Source: an uncultured Parachlamydiaceae bacterium (GTDB lineage Bacteria; Chlamydiota; Chlamydiia; Chlamydiales; Parachlamydiaceae). Taken from it: DNA of 64,000 nt. Of this stretch, positions 28,128 through 37,826 are shown in pieces. Positions within the stretch are counted from its first letter, which is position 1. Every line of letters begins with the position of its first letter. The translations under genes and the position numbers were made by a program. The notes below the pieces were generated by a model, which was not told the DNA's origin, made no database searches, and saw nothing but the letters and a program-made list of their open reading frames with translations. The stretch lies in assembly GCA_963742415.1 (NCBI GenBank), contig CAVULX010000003.1:384001-448000 (forward strand), read 5' to 3'.

Positions 28128-28988
28128 ATGCAGCCAAAAAGTGCTGTTTTCATGAAGGTCTTAATTAATCGCTTTCATAAAGGATCTCTGCAATCACTTT
28201 TAGGGTGTTTTCCAACGGAGGAAGCCAAAGAAATAGCCAATGTCGATGTCCCTTCGAATGACCCCTCCATTGGATTAAAAACGGCATCAGAAAAAATTTC
28301 TTCTATCGACTATACTTGGTTTCTCCCTTCACTACAAAAGCTTTCTAAAAATGCGCAACAAACCGTTGCTGCTGCCTTTCCTGAACCCCACTCCTCCAAG
28401 CTCCTTCAAGCTCTAAATCTCCCCTCTTCTGCTGAAACTCCCAGCCCAATTGTAAAAAATTTTTTATTGTTAAAATGTTACAAAAACCTGCCCGGAGCCT
28501 CAGAGGTGTTACCCAAGCAATATTTACCTCAAACCCCCTTGAGCTTGATCTCCAGTATGAATAAGCGGGAGCTTGTGGAGGTGATCGATTTTCTTGGTCT
28601 TCACGATCTTGCAGATGAACTCAAACATGTGGTCGATCAGAAAACATTAAAAAATGTCTACGCCTGCTTAAATGCCAAAGAACAACAATATCTGAAATAT
28701 TGCATCCGTCAGAAAGAAAAGGTGGTTTTACCCAGTTTAGGGATCGAACGTTGGAGCGGCAATGTCGATAAGCTAAAAAGCGTCCTCCAAAGCAGAGGGA
28801 TTATTAGGCTAGGCAAAGCTCTTTCTGGAGAGAATCCCGATTTCATTTGGCATGTTGCGCATAACTTAGATTCAAACAGAGGGCAAACTTTACTCAAGTA
28901 TTATTCTGAAAAGCCTTTGACCAATATCACACCTGCACTCGCCCAACAAACACTTAACGTGATTAATATATTAAAAAAGAAAGAGTGA
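28128..28988 (+). CDS. Probable T3SS sorting-platform protein SctK/CdsK
   Basis: Position between sctJ and sctL; IDYTW and LGLHDLA motifs typical of the chlamydial protein at this position. Confidence 0.7.
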   Translation: MQPKSAVFMKVLINRFHKGSLQSLLGCFPTEEAKEIANVDVPSNDPSIGLKTASEKISSIDYTWFLPSLQKLSKNAQQTVAAAFPEPHSSKLLQALNLPSSAETPSPIVKNFLLLKCYKNLPGASEVLPKQYLPQTPLSLISSMNKRELVEVIDFLGLHDLADELKHVVDQKTLKNVYACLNAKEQQYLKYCIRQKEKVVLPSLGIERWSGNVDKLKSVLQSRGIIRLGKALSGENPDFIWHVAHNLDSNRGQTLLKYYSEKPLTNITPALAQQTLNVINILKKKE

Positions 28989-28992
28989 AACC

Positions 28993-29643
28993 GTGAGCAA
29001 AAAGTTTTTTTCATTTATCCACGAAGGCAGTGTCCACATTTCCCCCAAAAAGAAAGTCGTTCCCAAAGAGGAATTTTCAAGGCTTGTTGACTCGTATGAA
29101 GTTCTAGAGCAAGTTAAAAAAGATGCCGAACAATATCGCATTGATGTGGCTGTCGAATGTGAACAACTCAAAGAACAGGCTCAAAAAGAAGGATTTGAAG
29201 AGGGGTATAAGAAGTGGCTTGAATACACCGCCCAGCTCGAAAATGAAATTGTTAAAGTCCGTCAAGACTTAGAAAAATTCCTCGTTCCGGTGGCTTTAAA
29301 AGCTGCTAAAAAAATTGTTGGCAGGGAATTAGAAGTTTCAGAAGATGCTATTGTTGACATCGTCTCCAACTCTTTAAAAGCCGTTTCACAACATAAAAAA
29401 ATTACCATCTATGTCAACAAAAAAGATCTTGAAGTCTTGGATAAATACCGCCCCCGCTTGAAGCAAATTTTCGAAAGTTTGGAAGTTTTATCTCTTAGAG
29501 AACGTGCTGACATAGCCCCCGGAGGTTCAGTCATAGAAACAGAAGGGGGCATTATTAATGCTCAGCTGGATAACCAGTGGAGAGCTTTAGAAAACGCTTT
29601 GGAAATTATCGTAAAGAAAAAGCAACCATCAGGTGAGCATTAA
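28993..29643 (+). CDS. sctL: T3SS stator SctL/CdsL
   Basis: AQKEGFEEG, ALKAAKKIVGREL, GGSVIETEGGIINAQL. Confidence 0.93.
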   Translation: MSKKFFSFIHEGSVHISPKKKVVPKEEFSRLVDSYEVLEQVKKDAEQYRIDVAVECEQLKEQAQKEGFEEGYKKWLEYTAQLENEIVKVRQDLEKFLVPVALKAAKKIVGRELEVSEDAIVDIVSNSLKAVSQHKKITIYVNKKDLEVLDKYRPRLKQIFESLEVLSLRERADIAPGGSVIETEGGIINAQLDNQWRALENALEIIVKKKQPSGEH

Positions 29644-29645
29644 TT

Positions 29646-30572
29646 ATGAGGATTTTCCCTTTTTACTTTAGAGGAGGTTCAACCCAGAATGGAATGAAGA
29701 TTGCCTCCCTTTTTACAATCAAGTCATTTTTTGTATGCTGTATTATTTTGGCCATGTTAGGGATGGTGCCTGAATCGCTTTATTCCCAAGCAGCTCCGGC
29801 CAGGCCAGCCCCTGCAGCAACCCCAGCGCCGGCAAAAGGAGCTCCGCAGCAAGCTAATCAAGCCGCCCAAAATGCTTTAAATGCTCCTTTTGACAATTTT
29901 AAAAGGCCTTCTGTCATTACTCAAGCTGTAGCTTTGACCATCATGTCCTTGCTGCCTTTTATTATCATGATCTTAACCTCTTTTCTGAAAATTGTGATCG
30001 TCCTTTCCCTTTTACGCAGCGCATTGGGGGTTCAACAAGCACCTCCTAACCAGATCATCAACGGGGTCGCATTTATGCTCAGCCTCTTTATTATGTATCC
30101 GACTGTTTTGAAAATGTACGATGCTGCAGAAAAAGTCATCGTCGAAACACGAGCCCCAGACTCGATCCTGTCCCCTCAATCTTCTCAATACATAATCGAA
30201 GTCGCCGACCAAGCTAAAGAGCCTTTACGGGAGTTCCTGAAAAAAAATTCAGCGACAAAGCACCAAGCCCTATTTTATCGGATCGCTTACCGAATTTTAC
30301 CCGAAAACTACCGCCCCACTTTAAAGCCTGATGATTTTATGATCCTTGTTCCTGCATTCATTACAAGCCAACTCAAAGAAGCTTTTGAGATCGGCGTGTT
30401 GATCTACATCCCCTTTTTCGTCATCGATCTTGTGACATCCAATGTTTTGCTTGCTATGGGGATGATGATGCTTTCTCCTGTGACGATTTCAATGCCCTTA
30501 AAACTGTTCTTGCTCGTGATGCTTGATGGATGGACGCTCTTGGTTGACGGTCTTGTTTCAACATTTAGATAA
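29646..30572 (+). CDS. sctR: T3SS export gate SctR
   Basis: TSFLKIVIVLSLLRSALGVQQAPPNQ, AFEIG, GMMMLSP, FLLVMLDGW. Confidence 0.96.
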   Translation: MRIFPFYFRGGSTQNGMKIASLFTIKSFFVCCIILAMLGMVPESLYSQAAPARPAPAATPAPAKGAPQQANQAAQNALNAPFDNFKRPSVITQAVALTIMSLLPFIIMILTSFLKIVIVLSLLRSALGVQQAPPNQIINGVAFMLSLFIMYPTVLKMYDAAEKVIVETRAPDSILSPQSSQYIIEVADQAKEPLREFLKKNSATKHQALFYRIAYRILPENYRPTLKPDDFMILVPAFITSQLKEAFEIGVLIYIPFFVIDLVTSNVLLAMGMMMLSPVTISMPLKLFLLVMLDGWTLLVDGLVSTFR

Positions 30573-30593
30573 ATCTAAAGGAGTAAAGGAAAT

Positions 30594-30869
30594 ATGTTCC
30601 AAACACAAGTCATCCAATTGGCTTATCAAGGTCTCCTTTTGATTCTCATCTTGTCTGCACCCCCGATCCTCATCAGTATGTTTTTTGGTATCCTTGTGGC
30701 GATCTTTCAAGCCGCGACACAAATTCAGGAGCAAACCCTCTCATTTACGATTAAACTAGTTGCTGTCACCTTGACGCTGATGTTTATGGGGGGATGGCTG
30801 GGGGCTCAAATCATGCAATTTGCGACCAATATTTTCACACACTTTCCCCAATGGAGCTTCAGCTCCTAG
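30594..30869 (+). CDS. sctS: T3SS export gate SctS
   Basis: FQAATQIQEQTLSFTIKL. Confidence 0.96.
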   Translation: MFQTQVIQLAYQGLLLILILSAPPILISMFFGILVAIFQAATQIQEQTLSFTIKLVAVTLTLMFMGGWLGAQIMQFATNIFTHFPQWSFSS

Positions 30870-30883
30870 GAAGGTTGAGGGCT

Positions 30884-31723
30884 ATGGGACAAGATTACGT
30901 CACCATTTTTATGAATTCTGTCTTTGCCACAGGGGAAGTGACAGGATTATTGACCTTATTTTTTCTATTTTTAGCCCGGATGCTCCCGATTATCGCCTTG
31001 TCCCCCTTTTTTGGAGCACGCGTCTTGCCCCATCCAGTGAAGGTGTGTTTTGCCATTTCCCTTTTTGTCATCATGCTGCCCCAGCTATTGCTAGTGACGA
31101 CCACGCATCTTGAATTCAACTTTATGGCTCTTCTTTATCTTGTCAAAGAACTTTTTGTGGGATTTGCCTTAGGGTACCTTATCAGCATGCCGTTTATCAT
31201 CGTGCAAAATGCCGGCATCATCATCGACCACCAACGGGGGGGGGCTAGCTTAATGGTCAATGACCCGACCATTCAAAACCAATCCTCCCCACTAGGAACC
31301 CTCTTTAACTTTGTTTTGATCTATATATTTTTTACTATCGATGGTCCCTTTCTCTTTATCGATGCGATCGTTTCTTCTTATGAATTGATCCCTCCAGACC
31401 AATTTTTTAATACCCATTTCTTTTTCAAGGGTTCCGAATTTTGGCAAATGCAGATGCAGATGTTAAACAAAGTGATGATCATTTCTATTCGGCTAGCAAC
31501 ACCCGCCCTCCTCGCCATTTTAATGACAGATACGTTTTTAGGAATTGCTAACCGTTTGGCCCCGCAAGTGCAAATTACCTTTTTAGGGATGCCATTAAAA
31601 TCCCTTCTGGCACTGACAGTAATTTGCTTTGGATGGAGGCTATTTTCTGAAGAGCTTGTCAGGCTATCTTACGAATGGATTAACCTCTGTAAATACATGA
31701 TCACGATGTTCAAGCCGCCTTAA
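30884..31723 (+). CDS. sctT: T3SS export gate SctT
   Basis: ARMLP..PFFG, KELFVG, AGIIIDHQRG, GIANRLAPQVQI...PLKS. Start placed at ATG 30884. Confidence 0.95.
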   Translation: MGQDYVTIFMNSVFATGEVTGLLTLFFLFLARMLPIIALSPFFGARVLPHPVKVCFAISLFVIMLPQLLLVTTTHLEFNFMALLYLVKELFVGFALGYLISMPFIIVQNAGIIIDHQRGGASLMVNDPTIQNQSSPLGTLFNFVLIYIFFTIDGPFLFIDAIVSSYELIPPDQFFNTHFFFKGSEFWQMQMQMLNKVMIISIRLATPALLAILMTDTFLGIANRLAPQVQITFLGMPLKSLLALTVICFGWRLFSEELVRLSYEWINLCKYMITMFKPP

Positions 31724-31727
31724 AAAG

Positions 31728-31766
31728 AAAGCCTTAAACATACATATGCTAGTATTTTAAGGCTTT
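31728..31766. terminator. Probable bidirectional terminator
   Basis: aaagccttaaa...tttaaggcttt inverted repeat between convergent genes. Confidence 0.5.
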
Positions 31767-31779
31767 AAGACGAGAGCTT

Positions 31780-32463
31780 TCAATTGGTTATTTTTGCTTT
31801 ATTGTTAGAGCTTATAAAAAGAATGACCCCAAAGAAACTTGCTAATAAGAGATAGGTGGCTGGTTCCGGCACTGGAATGCTATTGCCTGCGAATCCTGAT
31901 ACCGTAGCCCCTTCAATTACATTACAAGTGTTAGCACACGCAAAAGCATGAATGGCAGCAAGGTAGCCTTTTGAATTCGCTGTTAAAACATTGCTTGCAG
32001 AGTTCCAAATCCCACTCGTATTTGTTAATGTAAAAGAGATCGCGGTGGAAGCGCTTGTAAACCCATCTGAACTTTTTATTGTTTGATTTAAAGTTCCAAA
32101 TTGAGAAATATTCTGCGAACCGTTATCTGACAAAGATCCTGGGGTAAAACCTGAAAAGCTATTCGAATTTGTTAGAGCGGTTACTGTCCAAGAGGCTGCA
32201 TTGACGTTAACATCGGCTGCGCCTGTAGCACCCATCAGGTAAGTATACCCCCCATTATTCGACGAAGTAAATGTAAGAGTTGCAGAGGTCGAATTGACTA
32301 AATTAATTGATAACGTTGCATAGGGTCCAGTATAGGGTGATAACTCGGCATTAGGAGAATTAATGGAATACAAGAAGACGTCTGAATAAGCAAGTGTTGA
32401 GAAAAATAAAGTAAAAATAAACAAACATGTTGGCAAAATTTTACAAATAAAAATATTTTTCAT
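31780..32463 (-). CDS. Exported S/T/N-rich protein with PEP-CTERM sorting domain
   Basis: N-terminal signal peptide; C-terminal PVPEPATYLLLASFFGVILFI plus short Lys-containing tail. Confidence 0.88.
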   Translation of the reverse strand: MKNIFICKILPTCLFIFTLFFSTLAYSDVFLYSINSPNAELSPYTGPYATLSINLVNSTSATLTFTSSNNGGYTYLMGATGAADVNVNAASWTVTALTNSNSFSGFTPGSLSDNGSQNISQFGTLNQTIKSSDGFTSASTAISFTLTNTSGIWNSASNVLTANSKGYLAAIHAFACANTCNVIEGATVSGFAGNSIPVPEPATYLLLASFFGVILFISSNNKAKITN

Positions 32464-32539
32464 ACACTACTCCCTTTCGTCTCTATTATATAAATAAAGA
32501 AATGATTTGTAAATCAAAGATAAAATTACTAGGTAGCAG

Positions 32540-32555
32540 GCAAATTTCATGCCAA
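32540..32555 (-). promoter_or_regulatory. Sigma54 -24/-12 promoter of the PEP-CTERM gene
   Basis: Minus strand TTGGCATGAAATTTGC = TGGCA-N6-TTGC, exact GG-N10-GC spacing, about 77 bp upstream of ATG. Confidence 0.75.
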
Positions 32556-32619
32556 TGCAGCCTCGAGGAAAAGAGTTCTAGGCTCATGACAGGCTTTGCT
32601 TGCTGTAAAAAATCAAGCC

Positions 32620-34050
32620 TCACAAACCTGCATATTCATGCTCATGGGCTATAGGAGCTTCATATTTGATTGGGGTATAATTTGCAAACTGGGCGATCTC
32701 TTTCCGGAATGTTAAATTAATGTTACCGACCCCCCCATGACGGTTTTTGGCTACAATGAGCTCCGCCATGCCGGGTTTATCCATCGGATCGTAATATTCC
32801 CTTCGCAAAAGGAACATCACAATATCACTATCTTGCTCGATGCTCCCGCTTTCCCTCAAATCGCTCATCATGGGGCGATGCCCTTGCCTTTCTTCCACTT
32901 TTCGTGAAAGCTGAGACAAGCACAGGACAGGAATATTGAGCTCCCTGGCCAAATTTTTTAACATGCGGGAAATTTCTGAAATTTCATTTTGCCTATTTTC
33001 AGTCGTTCGAAAAGACCCCGATCCCGAGATAAGCTGAAGATAATCGACGACGAGAAAACCGATCCCCTGCGCCTCTTTCATCCGCCTTGCCCTCGCCCTG
33101 AGATCGGTAATCTTAAGGCCTGGTTGGTCGTCGATGATCATGACATGCTGCTGCATATCATTGACGCTAGCTACAATACGTTGAAATTCCCCTCCATTCA
33201 GGGATCCTGTCTTGATTTTGTCAGATTCCACCTCTGAATGGGAACAAATGATCCGATGGACCAGCTGCTCGGCGCTCATTTCCAGGGAAAAAATTCCAAC
33301 GGGGATCCGGCTTTTAAAACAGACGTTTTCAGCGATATTCAAAGCCAGTGCTGTTTTTCCCATTGCAGGGCGGGCTGCTAAGATCATCAGGTTGGAATTA
33401 TTCAACCCATTCAACATTTTATCGAGATCGGCGAAATGGGAAGGGACCCCCGTAATCCCTGCGTCTTCGGGCCCCCGTTGCTGAAACCGCTCTTGCCGTT
33501 CCTGCAATTCTTTCAAATAGGGCTGGGTTGACTCAGACTTGACCCCAGAGAGGATCTCGCTGATCAGCTTGCCGGCAATAGGGTTAGCGCTTTGGCTGAT
33601 TTGGTAAAAAAGCTGCTGCGCTTCATCGAGAGTCTCTAATACATCTTCTGGTTCATCTAACGCTTTTTTTTCGATCACTTGTGAAGCGTTGATCATGCTG
33701 CGAAGGATCGCTTTGTCGCGGACAACAGCGACATATTCTTCAATGTAAGCAGAAGTCCCGGCATATTGGGCCAGGGTTGTCACATAGGCAGCCCCGCCGA
33801 CAGCTTTAAGCTTATCCTGGCGGCGCAACTCTTCACAAACCAGATGCACATCAACAGGCTTATCGCTTTTGTAAGCTGTTTTTAAAATTTGAAAAATAAT
33901 TTTATGCTCGGTGAAATAAAAATAAGAATCGTCCAGCCCATCGGCAGCGATGTTAAGAGCATTAATACTTGTCAGCATGCATCCCAAGACCATCATCTCT
34001 GATTCTTTCGAATTGGGAGCCACTCGAACTTTTGTGGGTGTTTCCGACAT
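32620..34050 (-). CDS. dnaB: Replicative DNA helicase
   Basis: AARPAMGKT, FSLEMS, VDYLQL, LSQLSR, SDLRESGSIEQDSD, AKNRHG. Start placed at ATG 34050. Confidence 0.98.
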   Translation of the reverse strand: MSETPTKVRVAPNSKESEMMVLGCMLTSINALNIAADGLDDSYFYFTEHKIIFQILKTAYKSDKPVDVHLVCEELRRQDKLKAVGGAAYVTTLAQYAGTSAYIEEYVAVVRDKAILRSMINASQVIEKKALDEPEDVLETLDEAQQLFYQISQSANPIAGKLISEILSGVKSESTQPYLKELQERQERFQQRGPEDAGITGVPSHFADLDKMLNGLNNSNLMILAARPAMGKTALALNIAENVCFKSRIPVGIFSLEMSAEQLVHRIICSHSEVESDKIKTGSLNGGEFQRIVASVNDMQQHVMIIDDQPGLKITDLRARARRMKEAQGIGFLVVDYLQLISGSGSFRTTENRQNEISEISRMLKNLARELNIPVLCLSQLSRKVEERQGHRPMMSDLRESGSIEQDSDIVMFLLRREYYDPMDKPGMAELIVAKNRHGGVGNINLTFRKEIAQFANYTPIKYEAPIAHEHEYAGL

Positions 34051-34219
34051 TTTATTTCCGTGTAACTGTGCAGAAAACTCCAAATGTTAAAGAAAAACGC
34101 AATAGCTGAAAAGGAAAAAACTCTTGGAGAAAAACGTTCTTTTTGTTAACGCATAGAGAGTGTTCCTCTTAGAAACTCAGGTTAGAGGGAAAAATAATTT
34201 TTTAATATAGGAGAGAATT

Positions 34220-35338
34220 ATGTCATCCGAAGTTGGTCAAGTCGATCAAAAAAAATTTCATTTTCATTTTCATACAGATCAGCAACAACCAAAAACAACC
34301 ATAGAAAAAGTCCAAAATTTAGTGAGGAATCAAGAGGCTCAAAAGCTTGCAAAAAATCATGAGCTGATTATTCAAAATATTTCTTGGGAAGTTGCGGGGC
34401 CGGATAAAAATTGGGGACCCTGTACTTCGGATATAACTTTAGAAGTTGGTGATGAATGGGATCCATATCAAATGCCCATCATTCGACGTTCCAATTATAC
34501 CGATAAAACTTCAAGTATCCCTATCGATAGCATTTCTGTTTTAGTAGGCAATGAAAAAGGAGAAAAAGTTCTTACTCGCCTCCAGTTGAAAGAGTACCTG
34601 AATGGATTTTCCAAATATGCTTCAAATGGTTCCGTAAAAGGGTCTTTGTTGGCGGAGAGGGATACACATGTCATTCATAGTGTACAAACATGTCTTTTGC
34701 CTTGCGAAGAGGGCAAAGAGGTGGATTTTAACGTAGCTCTTTTCAACTCCGAATCCACTCAGGGAAATCCAGCCATTCTGGCCATTCTTGTTTCAAGTCA
34801 TGGAACCAGTGCTCAAGTTGTTGATAATGGAAGCTCTCGAAAGGGGGAACAATTAATGTTCAACATTAATGGGAAGGGGCATGCTTTTTCTGCAGGACGG
34901 CTTAAAGATGTGCGGGAGCAGCAAGGAGATGTTGTCAAAGGGAGTTTAAGCGATCAAGAACTTGCCAACCGAAAACTGCTCATTATTCAAATCCCTCTTA
35001 AAGTTAAACCTAGACCCGATATACGGATCTATAAATATAGTAACAATCCGCAAGCAAATATGGATCAGGCTCAAATTAAAGAAGGTCATGAACAAGGGGG
35101 AGTTCCGGGACTCAAAGGAATTGACATTGAGAGAGACTCTAATTATCCCATTCGGGTTACAACCCAGCTTTATAAAATTACAAACGATGGGACTCTAAAT
35201 GAACAGCAAATGCAAGACATTGCTTTAGAAATCCAGAAAGAAGAATCTAGCGGAAAAGATGCTGGTAGACTAGTCGCAGAAGTTACCCCTCGCCCAACAG
35301 AATGGGTAAATAAGGAAGATGGTATTTTTTGGGCATAA
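34220..35338 (+). CDS. Conserved hypothetical protein of an uncharacterised family
   Basis: RBS aggaga; 372 aa; motif chain ISWE..WGPxxSDITL, MPIIR.SNYTD, VGNEKG, NPAILAI, GTSAQV, IIQIPLK, PIRVTTQLY. Confidence 0.8.
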   Translation: MSSEVGQVDQKKFHFHFHTDQQQPKTTIEKVQNLVRNQEAQKLAKNHELIIQNISWEVAGPDKNWGPCTSDITLEVGDEWDPYQMPIIRRSNYTDKTSSIPIDSISVLVGNEKGEKVLTRLQLKEYLNGFSKYASNGSVKGSLLAERDTHVIHSVQTCLLPCEEGKEVDFNVALFNSESTQGNPAILAILVSSHGTSAQVVDNGSSRKGEQLMFNINGKGHAFSAGRLKDVREQQGDVVKGSLSDQELANRKLLIIQIPLKVKPRPDIRIYKYSNNPQANMDQAQIKEGHEQGGVPGLKGIDIERDSNYPIRVTTQLYKITNDGTLNEQQMQDIALEIQKEESSGKDAGRLVAEVTPRPTEWVNKEDGIFWA

Positions 35339-35351
35339 CATCCAGTCAGTC

Positions 35352-35436
35352 TTTTGGAGTGCGGCAGCAAGCTAAAGAAAGCCATTTTTACCAGGCTGAA
35401 AGCCTGCCATATAATAGCCTGGGGCAACGCCCCAGG
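35352..35436. repeat. Composite REP-like remnants
   Basis: ttttggagtgcggcagc (GGAGTGCGGC family), then caggctgaaagcctg-N-atagcctggggcaacgccccagg (same architecture as the 51321 element). Confidence 0.6.
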
Positions 35437-35514
35437 TAATATCATGCATAATCATTTACCGCTGAAATAATTCCACTCATCTAAGCCCCCAGAAATTGTT
35501 TTGAGTAATATTGT

Positions 35515-37002
35515 TTATTTTTTTTTGGCTCCATTCTGCATCGACTTTTTAATTTGCAAAAATGAGGCTATTTGTTTAGGTGATATGCGGCATGGGGTGT
35601 GTTTTCCCCCATAAAAACCATACCTTCGAATCATATCCATCATGATATAACTAATTTTCAATGTTTCTTCAGTGCTCTCATTTTTGAATTCGTAACTATA
35701 ATCAAAAAGAATCTCATTGCCAAAAGGAGATCTCCAAGTACGATGCAGCTTATCTATCACAGATTGCAAGCAAATTTTTGATCCGTTATACTCAAACAAG
35801 TGTCTCCTACATATTAAAGCATATTGAGCTGACATTTGTATCAGCGGCATAATCAATTTTTGGTGGGACAACCTTAAACGGTTAACCTTTTTTTGATCTC
35901 GAGCCATCCGCTCTAAAAGGGATTCCTTGGCTCCTAAATAAGGCTTCTCTGATTGTCTAAGTATTGCTTCTAAATCTGCAATTGAGCTGTTTGCAAGCTC
36001 CTTTATGTTTCTGATAAGTTTGGGGTTGTTTCTGCCGCCTCTAACGAATCCACTGCTTTCTTTGATTTTAGGCAAAGGAACCATGTCTTTTTTGTTTTTT
36101 GTTCGGCGCACCTTAGCTTCTACCCAAGGCACAAGGGATTCAACCTTGTAAACTTTTTTCACCACTAACTCCGATTCTAAAGCCTTATTTTCAAAGCTAA
36201 AGACAATCTTATTCAGCTCAAGCTTTTTTAATCCGGTGATTCTGCCATCAAATGGCAGCCAATAGCTCCCTTGAATATCTGAAAAAATTTTAATTTCTTC
36301 TTCTTGAATAACAGCGCAGGCGATCTTAAAGTTGTCATCTTTTACTTTTTTCAAATAAATTTCTCGACTGCGCTCTGAACAATCAACCATTTTTTTAAAG
36401 CCGTCTTTTATGAATTGGTCTCGGTTAGAAAATATTCTCTCCATTTTTTCGAGAGGCCATTTTTCTTTTTTTGTCATATTTCTTGCGCCTCCAACAGGGT
36501 CCATTTCATAAACTTCATCTCCAGAATCATTTCGAACCCATATTAACCAAGAGTTTGTCCAAAAGCGATCTTCAAGGCGATCTTCTAAGACTGAACTCGG
36601 GACGACTGCACAAAATTTAGAGTTCTTCTCAAAAAGTCCTCCATCGCTACTTAACACTTTAATCTTGCCGTTGTGTACATGTAGATAAACATCCTCATTT
36701 GCTTTATAAAGATACTTATTAATTCTTTTTATTCCCGCTGCCAGAAGCTTTTCTATCACTTTCATTCTTTTGACAGCCCAAAGGCATTTTTCTTCAAAAG
36801 TTCCCTTTGGAGCTCTTTTTAAGGAAAAAAAATATTTGTTTATCCGCAAATGATAGGGATCTTCTGGAAAACTAATCATATTGTTAAATAGACGGCAGGC
36901 AAGCTGGGCGGCAACAACATCCCTTCCTTTGAGATATTGAAGAATCAAGGCTGCAACCTCAATAGAAACGCCATTGAAGAAATTTACTACATTGACTTCC
37001 AT
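35515..37002 (-). CDS. F-box-like protein, paralog 1
   Basis: N-terminal VSIEVAALILQYLKGRDVVAAQLACRLFNNM; clear paralog of 37827..39311. Confidence 0.8.
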   Translation of the reverse strand: MEVNVVNFFNGVSIEVAALILQYLKGRDVVAAQLACRLFNNMISFPEDPYHLRINKYFFSLKRAPKGTFEEKCLWAVKRMKVIEKLLAAGIKRINKYLYKANEDVYLHVHNGKIKVLSSDGGLFEKNSKFCAVVPSSVLEDRLEDRFWTNSWLIWVRNDSGDEVYEMDPVGGARNMTKKEKWPLEKMERIFSNRDQFIKDGFKKMVDCSERSREIYLKKVKDDNFKIACAVIQEEEIKIFSDIQGSYWLPFDGRITGLKKLELNKIVFSFENKALESELVVKKVYKVESLVPWVEAKVRRTKNKKDMVPLPKIKESSGFVRGGRNNPKLIRNIKELANSSIADLEAILRQSEKPYLGAKESLLERMARDQKKVNRLRLSHQKLIMPLIQMSAQYALICRRHLFEYNGSKICLQSVIDKLHRTWRSPFGNEILFDYSYEFKNESTEETLKISYIMMDMIRRYGFYGGKHTPCRISPKQIASFLQIKKSMQNGAKKK

Positions 37003-37141
37003 AACTTAGTTATTGCGACGTTTATTGGGCTTGTACATTTCCAGGTCATCTTGTCAAGCCCACAATAAAAGATATTCAAATAGAATCAATAGATCTTTTG
37101 TATCACTTATTCTCTAGAAAACCGAGGAGACTTACAAAAAT

Positions 37142-37705
37142 CTATCCATTAGAAGAGGGAAGCATCCAATTAATCGCTGTGCAAACAATCGCAGAAGCAG
37201 TAACAACTGAGGACACTGCCGCTGTTTTAACGGAGCCTGCAACGTCTCCTTTTTTCAACTTCTTATATGAGGTGATGCATCCATCTACAAAAAAATTAGC
37301 GGCGCCAGGAAGAAGAACTCCATATTTGATTTTTTTGCTATCGCTGATTTTGCTATTTGACAGTACATTGAAGCCCATTTTAACACCGCTGGCTATGCTG
37401 TTTGTAACAACAGATGAGGTTGCTTTAGCAGTATTGACGAATAAGTTTGTCATTTTATTAAGATAGGAATTTTGAGGATCCTTTTTATTGGCTAATGTTT
37501 TCATCTGATCAAAAGCCATTGTAGCCTGCAAGTCTCTGTAGCCTTTGTTAAAGCTCATTAAGTAATCAGCTATAGAGATAAATATATGTTTTACAATATT
37601 CCATATCGTGATGTTGTCCATCCCGGACCTAGCATAATTAATTTTATATAAGATGATATATTCGCTGAATGAGGGGTCTCTCTGTTTTGAAATCAATGAA
37701 GTCAT
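37142..37705 (-). CDS. Hypothetical protein with hydrophobic C-terminus
   Basis: 187-aa ORF, same strand as the flanking F-box genes. Confidence 0.6.
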   Translation of the reverse strand: MTSLISKQRDPSFSEYIILYKINYARSGMDNITIWNIVKHIFISIADYLMSFNKGYRDLQATMAFDQMKTLANKKDPQNSYLNKMTNLFVNTAKATSSVVTNSIASGVKMGFNVLSNSKISDSKKIKYGVLLPGAANFFVDGCITSYKKLKKGDVAGSVKTAAVSSVVTASAIVCTAINWMLPSSNG

Positions 37706-37826
37706 AAATAATTTTTCTTGGTTTTTTTATTAATCAGATAAACCTTTTTACCAACTTAATTACTTAAAAGCAAGAAGCTTAATTAAATTTTGAACATTAA
37801 TTGAGCCCTGGAATGATTGTGTCAAT

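Noticed and set aside
37098-37466. Plus-strand 122-aa ORF
   Set aside because: Antisense shadow of the longer 37142..37705 ORF; TTG start with no RBS.
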